Counted from the first letter of the stretch, positions 21,529 to 30,954 are shown. The stretch: DNA of 64,000 nucleotides from an uncultured Acidobacteriota bacterium (GCA_963743735.1 CAVURF010000012.1:32295-96294); one strand, 5' to 3'. Numbers and translations: made by a program. Notes: generated from the letters alone by a model not told the origin.

Positions 21529-22197
21529 TCAGCGGACCAGGGAGAGATCGAAGTCGGCGTTGACTTCGTCGCCTTCCGGGGGAATTACGTTGACGGTGAC
21601 GGTGTCTGAAGGAAAATTCTTGGCTGCGAAGACCAGGCTGATGGTGGCACCGTTGAGTGTGCACCCGGCGTCGGAACAGTTGAAGATCGGCTGGCCGGAA
21701 ATATCTTGCGGTGAGAGAGGGTGGGAATCGGAAATCACGGTTACTTCGAAGTCGCGCCAAAAATCCGAGGAGCGAAGAGTACCGCCGATGGGTGGACCGG
21801 AGCGCGAGTCGGCGGGCGGATTCAGATAGGGGCCGTAGGATTCGGTGAAATAGACGTCCACGGAAACGATGACGGTTTCCGAGTCAGCGTGATGTTCTTT
21901 TTCTGCTTGCTGCGCGCTGTAGTTTCCGACGTGGTTGCCGGAGAGAGAAACGACCTGCGCGTAGGGGGTCAAGAAACGAATTGCCGCGATGTCCGGTCCG
22001 AAAGCAGGCTCTGGGAGAGACTTGGCGTACTTGGCAAAAAATGCGGAGACGGATTCGTCGTGGCGCTGGCCGAGGAAATAGGCTTCGCGGACCGCAGTGT
22101 CCGACAATGGCGTTTGGAAAGCGAAGAGAGGCTGGCAGAAAAGCAGAGCAGAAAGATAAGAGGAAATGATGAAGCGGCTTAGGACTGAATTTGCCAC
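21529..22197 (-). CDS. Hypothetical exported protein
   Basis: 222 aa ORF with a signal-peptide-like N-terminus; no recognised domain. Confidence 0.6.
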   Translation of the reverse strand: MANSVLSRFIISSYLSALLFCQPLFAFQTPLSDTAVREAYFLGQRHDESVSAFFAKYAKSLPEPAFGPDIAAIRFLTPYAQVVSLSGNHVGNYSAQQAEKEHHADSETVIVSVDVYFTESYGPYLNPPADSRSGPPIGGTLRSSDFWRDFEVTVISDSHPLSPQDISGQPIFNCSDAGCTLNGATISLVFAAKNFPSDTVTVNVIPPEGDEVNADFDLSLVR

Positions 22198-22242
22198 AGG
22201 CAGGTTCCTTTGCAGTAGGACGTTTCGGTCACACCCCAGGTT

Positions 22243-23832
22243 TCAGATACGGCGAGTGACGTTGGGGAAATCGAGCCAGACTTTTACGCCGCAGAAGTGG
22301 GAGCCTTCGGTGCAGATGGGTGTGGTGACGCCGGCGCGGAGGTAGCAGGGAGGGCCGATGTACTTGGCGAATTGCGGATGGACTTGACGGAGTTGAGCGA
22401 TTTCGTCAAGCGAGGATTGGTAGATTTCTTCCTGGGCATTGAAGCAGGTTCGCATGGTCCATTTGTGGAGAAGATGGAGGAGGGAGCCGGATTCGACAAG
22501 GCGAATGGATTTTGCATTGGGCAAAAGATAGAGCGCGATTTCTTGCGGCACGCCGCGATCGATGAGTTGGTTTTTGGCCTGCCAGGCGTCTCGCATGGCA
22601 CGATCGTAGATTTCTTTGGCGTGGGGATTTTCTTTGAGTAAAGCGGGCGTGATGTAGTCGGGTTCGCGAGTGTCGGCGAGAGTGAGTAAAGGACGAGAGC
22701 CGGGGATCATGCGGTGGCGCTGGTCCTGGCTATCGGCGGTGTGGCTGATTTTTTTGGCGAAGGTGTAGTTGGCGTGCTGCAGGGCGCGCATCATGGGCGC
22801 GTGGACGCCGACGTTTAGAGTTTCGAGACGGTAGAGATTGCGCGTGGGATTTAGCAGGCGGTCGAGGGCTTCAACGTCGGTGCAATCGGCGGTAGAGAGG
22901 CCGAGAACGGCTCGATAGGCCGAAGCTACGACTGCGGGCGCGTTTTGGGAGTAGTCGAGCAATGCTGCGGTGCGCCCGTCAAGTTGTGCGTCGAATTCTT
23001 TTGCGAATTGATCGCCTTGCGCGAGGTGAGCGGGATAGGTTTTCCACTCGGGAAGTTCGTCGAGCGGTTCGGTTCCGAAACGATCAAAAAATTGCGGATC
23101 GATATTTTTTACCAGAGCGACCATTTCGCCGATGATGGCGCGGGCTTCGCTGGGTGTGTCGGATGCTGCGCACATTCGCCAGAGGCGATGAAGGACGATA
23201 CCGGAGACGGTGTGCACCATGGTGGTGAAAGCGGCTACAGGAAGAACGTAGCGGGCGATTTCGATGGCGCGTTTTTCGGCGGACCGTTCGATTTTCTGCA
23301 GGCGCTTGGGATGGGACATGGGGCCGACGTGCCAGATGTCGAGGAGAATTTCGCGGGATTGCGGAAGAAGGAGAGACGAGAGTTCGCGATAGTAAGACCA
23401 GGCGCGGGCGATGGCGCGTTCGAAGATGGCGCGTGATTCGGCGTCGAAGAAAAGCGAGAGTTGCGGGACGTAGGCCTGGGTGCGGTCCATGCGGACGTAG
23501 CGCTGGGATTGTTGTTCGGAATTGTAAAACGGATGCGCGTGGAGGAAAGACCAGACGAACTGGCGGCTGATGTTTTCCAAACCGAATTCGAAGTGCGCAT
23601 GCTGGTAGACGGTGTGATGGCCGCTGAAAAAAGTGGCCGCGCCGATGTTGAGGCGCTGCTTGTCGTTGACTTCCTCGGGGCCGATGAGGCGGGAAGAGTA
23701 GCAGGTGCGGGCGGCGGCGATGGCAGAGTCGAAAGGATGCGCGAAAGCGTTGCGGAGAGTGACGCGGGGGGGAGCGGACTCGACGAGTTCGTTAGGGTCT
23801 TGCGATTGAAACATGCGGGATTGGGTGGCCAC
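22243..23832 (-). CDS. thyX: FAD-dependent thymidylate synthase, double-domain form
   Basis: AARTCYS, GHHTV..H, SQRYV, EIARYVLP in the first half; SHTADSQDQRHR, ALYLLPNA, RTCFNAQEEI in the second. Confidence 0.85.
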   Translation of the reverse strand: MATQSRMFQSQDPNELVESAPPRVTLRNAFAHPFDSAIAAARTCYSSRLIGPEEVNDKQRLNIGAATFFSGHHTVYQHAHFEFGLENISRQFVWSFLHAHPFYNSEQQSQRYVRMDRTQAYVPQLSLFFDAESRAIFERAIARAWSYYRELSSLLLPQSREILLDIWHVGPMSHPKRLQKIERSAEKRAIEIARYVLPVAAFTTMVHTVSGIVLHRLWRMCAASDTPSEARAIIGEMVALVKNIDPQFFDRFGTEPLDELPEWKTYPAHLAQGDQFAKEFDAQLDGRTAALLDYSQNAPAVVASAYRAVLGLSTADCTDVEALDRLLNPTRNLYRLETLNVGVHAPMMRALQHANYTFAKKISHTADSQDQRHRMIPGSRPLLTLADTREPDYITPALLKENPHAKEIYDRAMRDAWQAKNQLIDRGVPQEIALYLLPNAKSIRLVESGSLLHLLHKWTMRTCFNAQEEIYQSSLDEIAQLRQVHPQFAKYIGPPCYLRAGVTTPICTEGSHFCGVKVWLDFPNVTRRI

Positions 23833-23990
23833 GGTCGAGGATCATTTTACACGTGAGGAGGGACGGGGGAAGAAGAAGTTAACGGCTGACAGTCGAGAGT
23901 TGTGGAGCCGGAAAAGATTTGGCGCAGCGGCGGAGAAGGGGAGACGGGAGAGGACGTGGAGAACGGAGGGAAAGAAAGGATGAACGAAAG

Positions 23991-24020
23991 AAAGGCGGCG
24001 GGATAAACCCGCCGCCAAAA
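23991..24020 (-). terminator. Rho-independent terminator downstream of rpmE
   Basis: GGCGGCGGG-TTTAT-CCCGCCGCC hairpin followed by TTTCTTTC on the minus strand. Confidence 0.75.
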
Positions 24021-24135
24021 GAAAGACAGCCACGTTCTTCACCTCAGGGTTTGTAACTACAAACCCTGAAACCCGGTGGTGGCTGTCTTGCGGTTTGTGC
24101 GGAATCGAATGGCGATGAACGTCGCGCTGCGATTA

Positions 24136-24378
24136 CTACTTCTTCGCGGTGTTTGCAGCGGCGGTTTTCGCGGCGGCGTCGGCGTATTTCTTAGTGAAGC
24201 GTTCGACGCGGCCTGCGGTGTCCAGCAGCTTTTGTTTGCCGGTGAAGAAAGGGTGGCAATTGGAGCAGATTTCGACACGCAGCATTGCGCCTTTGATCGT
24301 AGAGCGCGTGGAGAAATTGTTTCCACAGGCACAGTGAACCGTAACGGCGTGATAGTCAGGGTGAATACCGGGTTTCAT
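24136..24378 (-). CDS. rpmE: 50S ribosomal protein L31 (zinc-binding C+ type)
   Basis: [37 protein letters not shown]. Confidence 0.97.
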   Translation of the reverse strand: MKPGIHPDYHAVTVHCACGNNFSTRSTIKGAMLRVEICSNCHPFFTGKQKLLDTAGRVERFTKKYADAAAKTAAANTAKK

Positions 24379-24467
24379 GAATCTCCATTCTGGTCGCGGC
24401 CGGTCTGCGCCGCTTGCTGCATAGGCAGCGACTACAGCGGCGTCGCTAGGTCGCGAGGCAACTTTAT

Positions 24468-24496
24468 ATTATAGCTTGGGCGAAACAATCCGCCAA
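24468..24496 (-). promoter_or_regulatory. Sigma70 promoter of rpmE
   Basis: TTGGCG-17 bp-TATAAT on the minus strand. Confidence 0.75.
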
Positions 24497-24513
24497 GAGA
24501 CGCCGTCTGGGGG

Positions 24514-25778
24514 TGTCTTAGCTCCATAATTCTGTCACCCCTTAACGGCAACGTGACACTGTCACTCTATGAGACAGGAGACAGTTCCGTTGAGTCAGAA
24601 GGAATTGCAAAGAGTGAGCGTAGTCGGAGCATGCATCAAGGGAGAGTTGGCGTGTGCCAGAGCCGCCGTACTCCTATGTGTGAGCGTGCGCCAATTGAAA
24701 CGCTTGAAGAAACGTATGCGCGAAGAGGGGGAGGCGGCTCTGGCACACGCCAACCGCGGCCGGCCCAGTCCCCGTCGCCTGGCGGATGACGCTGCCGCGC
24801 AGATCGTGCAGTTAGCACGCGGAACTTACGCCGGCTTTAACGACCACCATCTCTGCGAGAAGTTGGTCGAACGCGAGGGCTTTTCACTCAGCCGCGAATG
24901 CTTGCGCCGGTTGCTGCGCAAGCATGGCGTCGGTTCGCCCCGAAAGCGCCGAGCCCCTGCTCATCGCCAGCGCCGCCTCCGTTCTGCACGGATCGGCGAA
25001 CTCGTGCAACTCGACGGCAGTCCCCACGACTGGCTTGAAGGACGCGGCCCCCGGTTCACCGCTCTCGGCATGCAGGACGATGCTACCGGGAAAATCCTGG
25101 CCGCGCAGTTCTTCCCCTCGGAAACCACTTTCGGCTATCTCTACCTGCTTCGCCAGATGCTGCGTCGCTTCGGCGTGCCGCTCGCTCTTTACGGTGATCA
25201 CAGCGGCATCTTCGTCCGCAATGACGACGGCTGGACGGTCGACGAACAACTCGCTGGAAAACGCCAGCCCACCCAGTTCGGCCGTGCTCTCGAGCAACTC
25301 GGCGTCACCTTCATCGCCGCCAACAGTCCGCAGGCCAAGGGCCGCGTCGAACGTCTCTGGGGTGTGCTCCAAGATCGCCTCACCAGTGAACTGCGGCTTG
25401 CCAAAGCAGTGGACATCGACTCCGCCAACGCCGTGCTGCGCAAGTTCATCACCGACTACAACCATCGCTTTGCCCGCAAGCCTCGCGAAATGGAAACTGC
25501 TTGGCGTGCGGCTCCAGACAGCCTCGACCGCATCTGCTGCTTCCTACACGAGCGTACGGTCAGCAACGACAATGTCGTGCAGTGGGAGGGTCGTCGCTTC
25601 CAAATCCCTCAGCAGGCTCGCCGCTTCAGCTTCGCCGGAGCCAAAGTGCAGATCTATCAGACACTCGATGGGCGTGTCGCGCTCTACTATGGCGACTCCC
25701 GTTTGGAGCACGCATCTTTACCAGGGGGGTGACACTTTCATGTTGCCGTTAGGGTGACAGAATCACGTTGCTACAACA
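24514..25778 (+). mobile_element. IS1202-family (ISNCY) insertion sequence with about 50-bp imperfect terminal IRs and 17-bp target duplication
   Basis: Ends TGT...ACA; shared IR core ATTCTGTCACCC..TAACGGCAAC.TGA.A.TGTCAC; flanking DRs GAGACGCCGTCTGGGGG (24497-24513) and GAGACGCCGTCTGGGTG (25779-25795). Confidence 0.9.
24569..25732 (+). CDS. DDE transposase (ISNCY/IS1202 family)
   Basis: HTH region, H.NRGR, GELVQLDGSPHDWLEGRG, DDATG, TQFGRAL, SPQAKGRVER. Confidence 0.95.
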   Translation: MRQETVPLSQKELQRVSVVGACIKGELACARAAVLLCVSVRQLKRLKKRMREEGEAALAHANRGRPSPRRLADDAAAQIVQLARGTYAGFNDHHLCEKLVEREGFSLSRECLRRLLRKHGVGSPRKRRAPAHRQRRLRSARIGELVQLDGSPHDWLEGRGPRFTALGMQDDATGKILAAQFFPSETTFGYLYLLRQMLRRFGVPLALYGDHSGIFVRNDDGWTVDEQLAGKRQPTQFGRALEQLGVTFIAANSPQAKGRVERLWGVLQDRLTSELRLAKAVDIDSANAVLRKFITDYNHRFARKPREMETAWRAAPDSLDRICCFLHERTVSNDNVVQWEGRRFQIPQQARRFSFAGAKVQIYQTLDGRVALYYGDSRLEHASLPGG

Positions 25779-25881
25779 GAGACGCCGTCTGGGTGGGGTG
25801 TCTGGGACGTCTGGGACGGGTCTGGGACGCCGTCTGGGCTGTCTGGGAGAGACGCCGTCTGGGGCGTCTGGGGCCGGCCCC
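25779..25881. repeat. Irregular tandem array of GTCTGGG (8 copies), including extra copies of the IS target
   Basis: Eight GTCTGGG units; GAGACGCCGTCTGGGG recurs at 25849; the array ends in palindrome GGGGCCGGCCCC. Confidence 0.85.
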
Positions 25882-25903
25882 GTTGGAATCAAGCCCTATT
25901 GTC

Positions 25904-25980
25904 TGCGTCGAATCCTGCGTAGAAAAAGCGTAGATTGGGCTGGACAATGCGTCGATTGATGCGTAGAATAAGCGTAGATT
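25904..25980 (+). promoter_or_regulatory. Fic gene promoter with a duplicated 33-bp operator-like unit
   Basis: TGCGTCGA....TGCGTAGAA.AAGCGTAGATT at 25904 and 25948; TGGACA-17-TAGAAT at 25941-25969. Confidence 0.65.
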
Positions 25981-27093
25981 ATGACCTACATCTATCAGAA
26001 GAAAGACTGGCCACACTTCACCTGGAACGCGCAGCGCCTCGTTTCACATTTGTCGGCGGCTCGTTATGAAGAAGGTTTGCTCCTCGGAAAGATGCAGGAC
26101 CTCGGCTACCGGTTGAAGGAAGAAGCGACGCTTGCGGCGCTGACGGAAGAAACCGTCAAGTCCTCGGCGATTGAAGGAGAGGAGCTCAATCCGGAGAGCG
26201 TCCGGTCTTCGCTGGCTCGCCGCATGGGACTCGAGGCTGGAGGAACGCGGGCAGCAGATCGAAATGTAGAAGGCATCGTCGAGATGATGCTGGACGCGAC
26301 GCAGAAGTATGCGCAGCCGCTAAAGGAAGAGCGGTTGTTCGGCTGGCATGCAGCGCTGTTTCCCACCGGCCGCAGCGGGATGCGCAAAGTCAAGACGGAC
26401 GCTTGGCGAACCGGTGGAATGGAAGTCGTTTCCGGTCCTGAGGGTAAAGAGAAAATTCACTTCGAGGGTCCCGGACCCGAAGCGGTCGGGCCGGAAATGG
26501 AAAGATTTCTGACCTGGTACGAAGACAACGCAACAAGCACGGAGCCACTGACCAAGGCTGGCTTGGCGCACCTGTACTTTGTGACCATACATCCGTTTGA
26601 GGATGGCAACGGAAGAATCGCCCGTGCGATCACGGAAATGTCCCTCGCGCGGCTCGAGAACAGCGCGCAGCGTTTCTACAGCATGTCGTCGCAAATCCGG
26701 GAAGACCGCAAGGGCTACTACGAAATCCTGGAATCCACACAAAAGGGGGGAATGGACGTCACGGAATGGCTCGTGTGGTTTCTCGATTGTCTCGGCCGCG
26801 CCATTGGAAAGGCGAATGAATTAACCGCGGGAGTTCTGGCCAAGGAGGCCTTCTGGCGTCATGCCCGACAGAGATCAATCGACGTCAGCGAGCGGCAGAA
26901 AAAAATCATCAACCAGTTGCTCGATGGCTTTGAGGGCAAACTGACGACGGAAAAGTGGGGGAAGCTCGCCAAAATTTCGCACGACACTGCATTGCGCGAC
27001 ATTCAGGACCTGATCACCAAGCGAATTCTCAAACAGGAAGAAAGCGGCGGCAGGAGCACCGCGTACGCACTGATTCGCGAACAAGCCGGATGA
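25981..27093 (+). CDS. Fic family protein (DUF4172-type N-terminus, C-terminal HTH)
   Basis: YIYQKKDWPHFTW N-terminus; Fic motif HPFEDGNGRIAR; SHDTALRDI..L and GGRST C-terminus. Confidence 0.93.
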   Translation: MTYIYQKKDWPHFTWNAQRLVSHLSAARYEEGLLLGKMQDLGYRLKEEATLAALTEETVKSSAIEGEELNPESVRSSLARRMGLEAGGTRAADRNVEGIVEMMLDATQKYAQPLKEERLFGWHAALFPTGRSGMRKVKTDAWRTGGMEVVSGPEGKEKIHFEGPGPEAVGPEMERFLTWYEDNATSTEPLTKAGLAHLYFVTIHPFEDGNGRIARAITEMSLARLENSAQRFYSMSSQIREDRKGYYEILESTQKGGMDVTEWLVWFLDCLGRAIGKANELTAGVLAKEAFWRHARQRSIDVSERQKKIINQLLDGFEGKLTTEKWGKLAKISHDTALRDIQDLITKRILKQEESGGRSTAYALIREQAG

Positions 27094-27182
27094 GTTGAAG
27101 CGCAGGGATGCGGGCCTGGAAACCCTTGCCAAGAAAGAGGAGCGGCAGGATCCGCAGACTACCCTTCGCTGTAACAACAATG

Positions 27183-27872
27183 TCACACAGATAAGAGCAG
27201 GTCGCACTGAGATCTAATCCGTGAGAGCCAATAGGGTCGACGCGGGTTTGGATAACCATTAGCAACACGTTCTTGCCTCAGCACATCGACTTCTTCTTTA
27301 GCAATGATCGGAGCCATGGTCAGACCAATTGGTTCCGCCCACCACCATCCAAGGCTCGCATTGAGTAGAAGGCCGCCGAGAAAAATAGCTGAGAGATAAA
27401 CACAGAAGTCGGTCTGGCGCGCATAGGCTTTCATGGCGGCGCTGGTCAAAGGTGTGCCCACTTTCGTTTTGGCCCGGGACAGCAGCGGCATTACTACGAG
27501 GGACACGCAGGCCAGCGCAATTCCCGGAATGCTGTGTTCAGGGACTGTCTTCCTTAACAGATCCGACACGGATTCATACGTGATGTAGATGGCAAGAGCG
27601 AGAAAGCAGATTCCCAGGGTCCTGAGACTCAGTTTTTCGTTTCGGTCGCGCTTCTGAACGTCCACGTCAACGGACATTCTCCACAGCAGTGTGGCGCCGG
27701 AGGCAACCTCAATGAAACTATCGATTCCGAAACCGACAAAAGAAACGCTGCCCGCAAGCAGTCCGGCACTGACGGCAATCAGGCCTTCGAGGCTATTCTA
27801 CGCAATCGTAAAATACTCCATCTGCTTTCCGCGCTGGGCGATCACCGCGCGTGCAATCGGCAACTTGCTCAT
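27183..27872 (-). pseudogene. Cation efflux-type membrane transporter, disrupted
   Basis: EYFTIA*NSLEGLIAV has an in-frame TAG; GFGIDSFIE, SIPGIALA..SL.VMP.L, LGWWWA motifs. Confidence 0.7.
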
Positions 27873-28098
27873 TCAGGAAGGATACCAACTCTTCTTCCTG
27901 GAGGGTTGAGGCCGAGCTCAAATTTCACGCGGCGAGAGCAAAGGTACATAGGTATCTGGTGCACTCTTGGTGGACTATAGGCTGCAAATGAGGTTGCTCC
28001 GTGCAAGTGAGAGCAGCCTAAATCATTGAAAACAAATGGATGAGTGTGAGTACAAACAGGACAGGGTGAATTAGCAAACCGGGTAACGCGGAGTGGGG

Positions 28099-29154
28099 TC
28101 AGTTGTTAGGTATTTCGACGGCGACTTCGTTCGAATAGGCGCTCTCGGAGTCGCTGTCGCCCACGGCAGTGACCACGTAGTAGTAATGTCCGCCACTCAC
28201 GACGTTGGCGTCCTTGTAGGATGTCGTTTCGAGCTTGGCTTGGTCGAGACGCTCGAATGGACCGCCGGCGGCCTCGCCACGGTAAACGTAAAAACCACTG
28301 GCCGAGCCGGAGTTATCGCTCCAATTGAGAGTTACAGAGTGAGGCGACGCGGCACTTGGATTTGAAGGGGCGGAGCTAGAAGCGGAACCGGCGACGGGCA
28401 GTTGAACCGGCGCCAGATCGGCGGATGAAGTGACCGAGACGGTTGTAGAAGTCTGGCCAGCGGCGGTTGGGCGGAACCAAACTTGAAACTCAAGCTTTTG
28501 GTCCGGTGAGAGCGATACGCCTTTACTGATGCCAGAAACGGAAAAGGCAGGATGCGAAACGATAATCGAGCCAATTGAAAGTGAAATATTGCCGGTATTC
28601 GTGAGGACTACCGATTGAGGAGTGGAGGTCTTTACGCCGCGCGTGCCGAAATTTACGGACGCCGGAGAAAGCGTGAGTGCGGGAGTGGCTTTTTCCCCGG
28701 CACCAGAAAGCGGAACGCTGACTGGTGCCTTTGAATCGGCAGTGGAGATAACGAGTGAGCCAGTCTGTTTGGCGGCGGTAGATGGAGCAAACATGACGCT
28801 GAGGTCGACGTGACTGCCGGGTGCAAGCAGAACCGGACCTTTTGCGGAGGAGATTGAAAATCCAGTTCCAGAAACATTCAAGCTTTTAAGGTTGATGGAA
28901 GTCGAACTGGAGTTGGTGACTTTGACGGTTTGGGAATTTTTCTGACCCACGACCACGGCTTTGAAATCAACGACCGAGGGGACCACGGAAAGTTTCGCGG
29001 CGGCACGATCGGCAGGGTTTTCTGCCGAGACCGAAGCGCAACCGGAAGAGATAACAGAGGAAATGATGGCGCAAGCCAAAAGAATCCATCGAGAGTTTGT
29101 TAGTTGTTGAGCCACATCCACAGGGGATTGCGGCTTAAGAAATATTCCACGCAT
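28099..29154 (-). CDS. Lipoprotein with 2 ASH/choice-of-anchor-D Ig-like repeats and a C-terminal FN3-like domain
   Basis: SSGC lipobox-like site; P.SV.F..V......Q.V..TN repeats; HSV.L.W...YVYR...YYYVVTAV...ESAYSNEV. Confidence 0.8.
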   Translation of the reverse strand: MRGIFLKPQSPVDVAQQLTNSRWILLACAIISSVISSGCASVSAENPADRAAAKLSVVPSVVDFKAVVVGQKNSQTVKVTNSSSTSINLKSLNVSGTGFSISSAKGPVLLAPGSHVDLSVMFAPSTAAKQTGSLVISTADSKAPVSVPLSGAGEKATPALTLSPASVNFGTRGVKTSTPQSVVLTNTGNISLSIGSIIVSHPAFSVSGISKGVSLSPDQKLEFQVWFRPTAAGQTSTTVSVTSSADLAPVQLPVAGSASSSAPSNPSAASPHSVTLNWSDNSGSASGFYVYRGEAAGGPFERLDQAKLETTSYKDANVVSGGHYYYVVTAVGDSDSESAYSNEVAVEIPNN

Positions 29155-29281
29155 GGCGCTAAAGGTATCGGGGATCGCGACGACCTGGCAATTTGGTCGT
29201 AGGACAGCTTTGGAGCAGGGTGCGGAACCTGTACGTGTGTGCAGGCAGAATCGCAAGCGATTCTGAGGGCGAAGAAAGGAA

Positions 29282-30667
29282 CTAGGAAATGAAGCAGCAG
29301 CCCACGCGGATGGTCTCGTCGCTGAGCGGTTTGGTCCAGACACGTCTGAGACTTACGCGCACCGGAGGGAGAATCGGCACGTGAAGGACGGCCAGGAGCA
29401 TATCGGGAATGGCTTCAGAGCTCGGGAAGTCCAGCGCAACGCCGCCGAAACCGAGGTCCACGACGCGAGCGCGATGAGAGGACTGGTCTCCCAGGACGGC
29501 ATAGGCGTTTGTACCGACCATGGAAACGCGTTCAGCCTTGCGGGGCACGGCAAAGATGCGGGGCTCTTCGGAAGTGACGGGAAACGTCGGATGGGAGGTC
29601 TGAAGAGGAGAAACGGAGGGAGGCGGAGGGGCAACGGATTGGGAACCAGGCGACGGGAATGCTGCAGGACGTTCCATCGGTGTGCTGACCGACTCTTCGA
29701 GTGTGGGAGTCTCAGCTGAAAGCGACGAAGCCTGAACCTCCTGAGAAATACTGGAAGCCTCAGCGGGAGCTGACCTAGAGGGCGGTACTGGCTCGGGTAC
29801 GGCGGTGCGAGGAATGTCCGGCGTAACTTCTTGAGGGGCCTCGGGCACAACGCGTGGTTGGGCTTCTTGAGCTACGTCAGGGGCGGGTTCGGAGACCGTT
29901 TTCTGCTGATTGGCTTGTTTAGCGGTATAGAGGCGCTCGTCGGCGATGCGAATCAATTGATCACGCTGGTCGCCGTCCTGCGGGTAGGTGGAGACTCCGT
30001 GGTCCATGCTGACAGAAATGGTGAGGTCGAGCGGACGAAGAATTTCCGTGAACACCACGCCGATACGGCGACTCAGACCGGAAGCCTGAGAGGAATCCGT
30101 TTGCGGAAGGAGCAACGCGAATTCGTCGCCACCAATGCGGAAGGCGGAGTCTGAAGTACGCAGTGCTTTTCTGAGAGTCGCGGCGGCAGCGCGCAGAACA
30201 TCGTCACCACGCGGATGACCGTGTTTGTCGTTGACTTCCTTAAAGCGGTGAAGATCGAGAGTAACGAGGCTGAGAGGGTGCGCATAGCGGCGAGCACGAT
30301 TGAGTTCTTTGTCGAAGTTTTCGTTAAAAAGCCGGCGATTGTAAAGCCCGGTCAGCGGATCGGTGACAGCGTTGCGATGCAAATGCTTCAGTTCCTCGAA
30401 TTCGATGACCACCGGAACGTTGAACATTCCAGCGGACGAAAGAACATCAACGAGGGCCGTCTGCAAGGCCACTGGAGAATCGGAGCGCTCGGAGAGTTGC
30501 ACTCGGCGCGCAAGGATTTCCTCCCAGATAGCGATCGCTTTGCTTTCTGGAATCTCGACGTGGGCGAGTGAAAGTAAAAAACGCTGAAGGAATTGAGCGC
30601 GAGCGCTCGATTCCAATCCATCGAGAGTGTCTGCGATGAGTTCAAAATAGGCGTCATTCGGACGCAT
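29282..30667 (-). CDS. Diguanylate cyclase (GGDEF) with Pro-rich linker and C-terminal PilZ domain
   Basis: TDPLTGLYNRR, FKEVND..GH..GD, RTSD I-site, GGDEF; C-terminal RKAER and DLGFGG PilZ motifs. Confidence 0.9.
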   Translation of the reverse strand: MRPNDAYFELIADTLDGLESSARAQFLQRFLLSLAHVEIPESKAIAIWEEILARRVQLSERSDSPVALQTALVDVLSSAGMFNVPVVIEFEELKHLHRNAVTDPLTGLYNRRLFNENFDKELNRARRYAHPLSLVTLDLHRFKEVNDKHGHPRGDDVLRAAAATLRKALRTSDSAFRIGGDEFALLLPQTDSSQASGLSRRIGVVFTEILRPLDLTISVSMDHGVSTYPQDGDQRDQLIRIADERLYTAKQANQQKTVSEPAPDVAQEAQPRVVPEAPQEVTPDIPRTAVPEPVPPSRSAPAEASSISQEVQASSLSAETPTLEESVSTPMERPAAFPSPGSQSVAPPPPSVSPLQTSHPTFPVTSEEPRIFAVPRKAERVSMVGTNAYAVLGDQSSHRARVVDLGFGGVALDFPSSEAIPDMLLAVLHVPILPPVRVSLRRVWTKPLSDETIRVGCCFIS

Positions 30668-30775
30668 GCGCGCGGATACCGGAACGCCGGAGCTGGGAAT
30701 CACCGGTGTGGACCTTGACCTTCTTTTGTCCCCGCGGGGAATGGGGTGGTGCGAATGCAGTGCGAGGGGAGTGGA

Positions 30776-30790
30776 GCATGCGGAGTGCCA
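30776..30790 (-). promoter_or_regulatory. Sigma54 -24/-12 promoter for the GGDEF gene
   Basis: TGGCAC-TCCGC-ATGC (GG-N10-GC). Confidence 0.7.
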
Positions 30791-30954
30791 AGGAAAAGGG
30801 ATGGCCGCCCGGATGCGAAAAAAAACACTTCCTGGGACTGCAAGTGGGCGTAACGATAGCACAAACGATTTCGGACGAGAAAAAAATGATGTCCAGAAAG
30901 GAATCCGGGTTCTAGAAAACTGCCACCCGGTAGTACTACCAGTAGTTGAATCCG

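Noticed and set aside
25779-25980. CRISPR array
   Set aside because: Repeats are 7-33 bp with irregular or very short spacers, and no cas genes are present.
27170-27196. TGTAACAACAATGTCAC as a second transposon end
   Set aside because: Only TGT and TGTCAC resemble the IS ends; no partner end or duplication was found.
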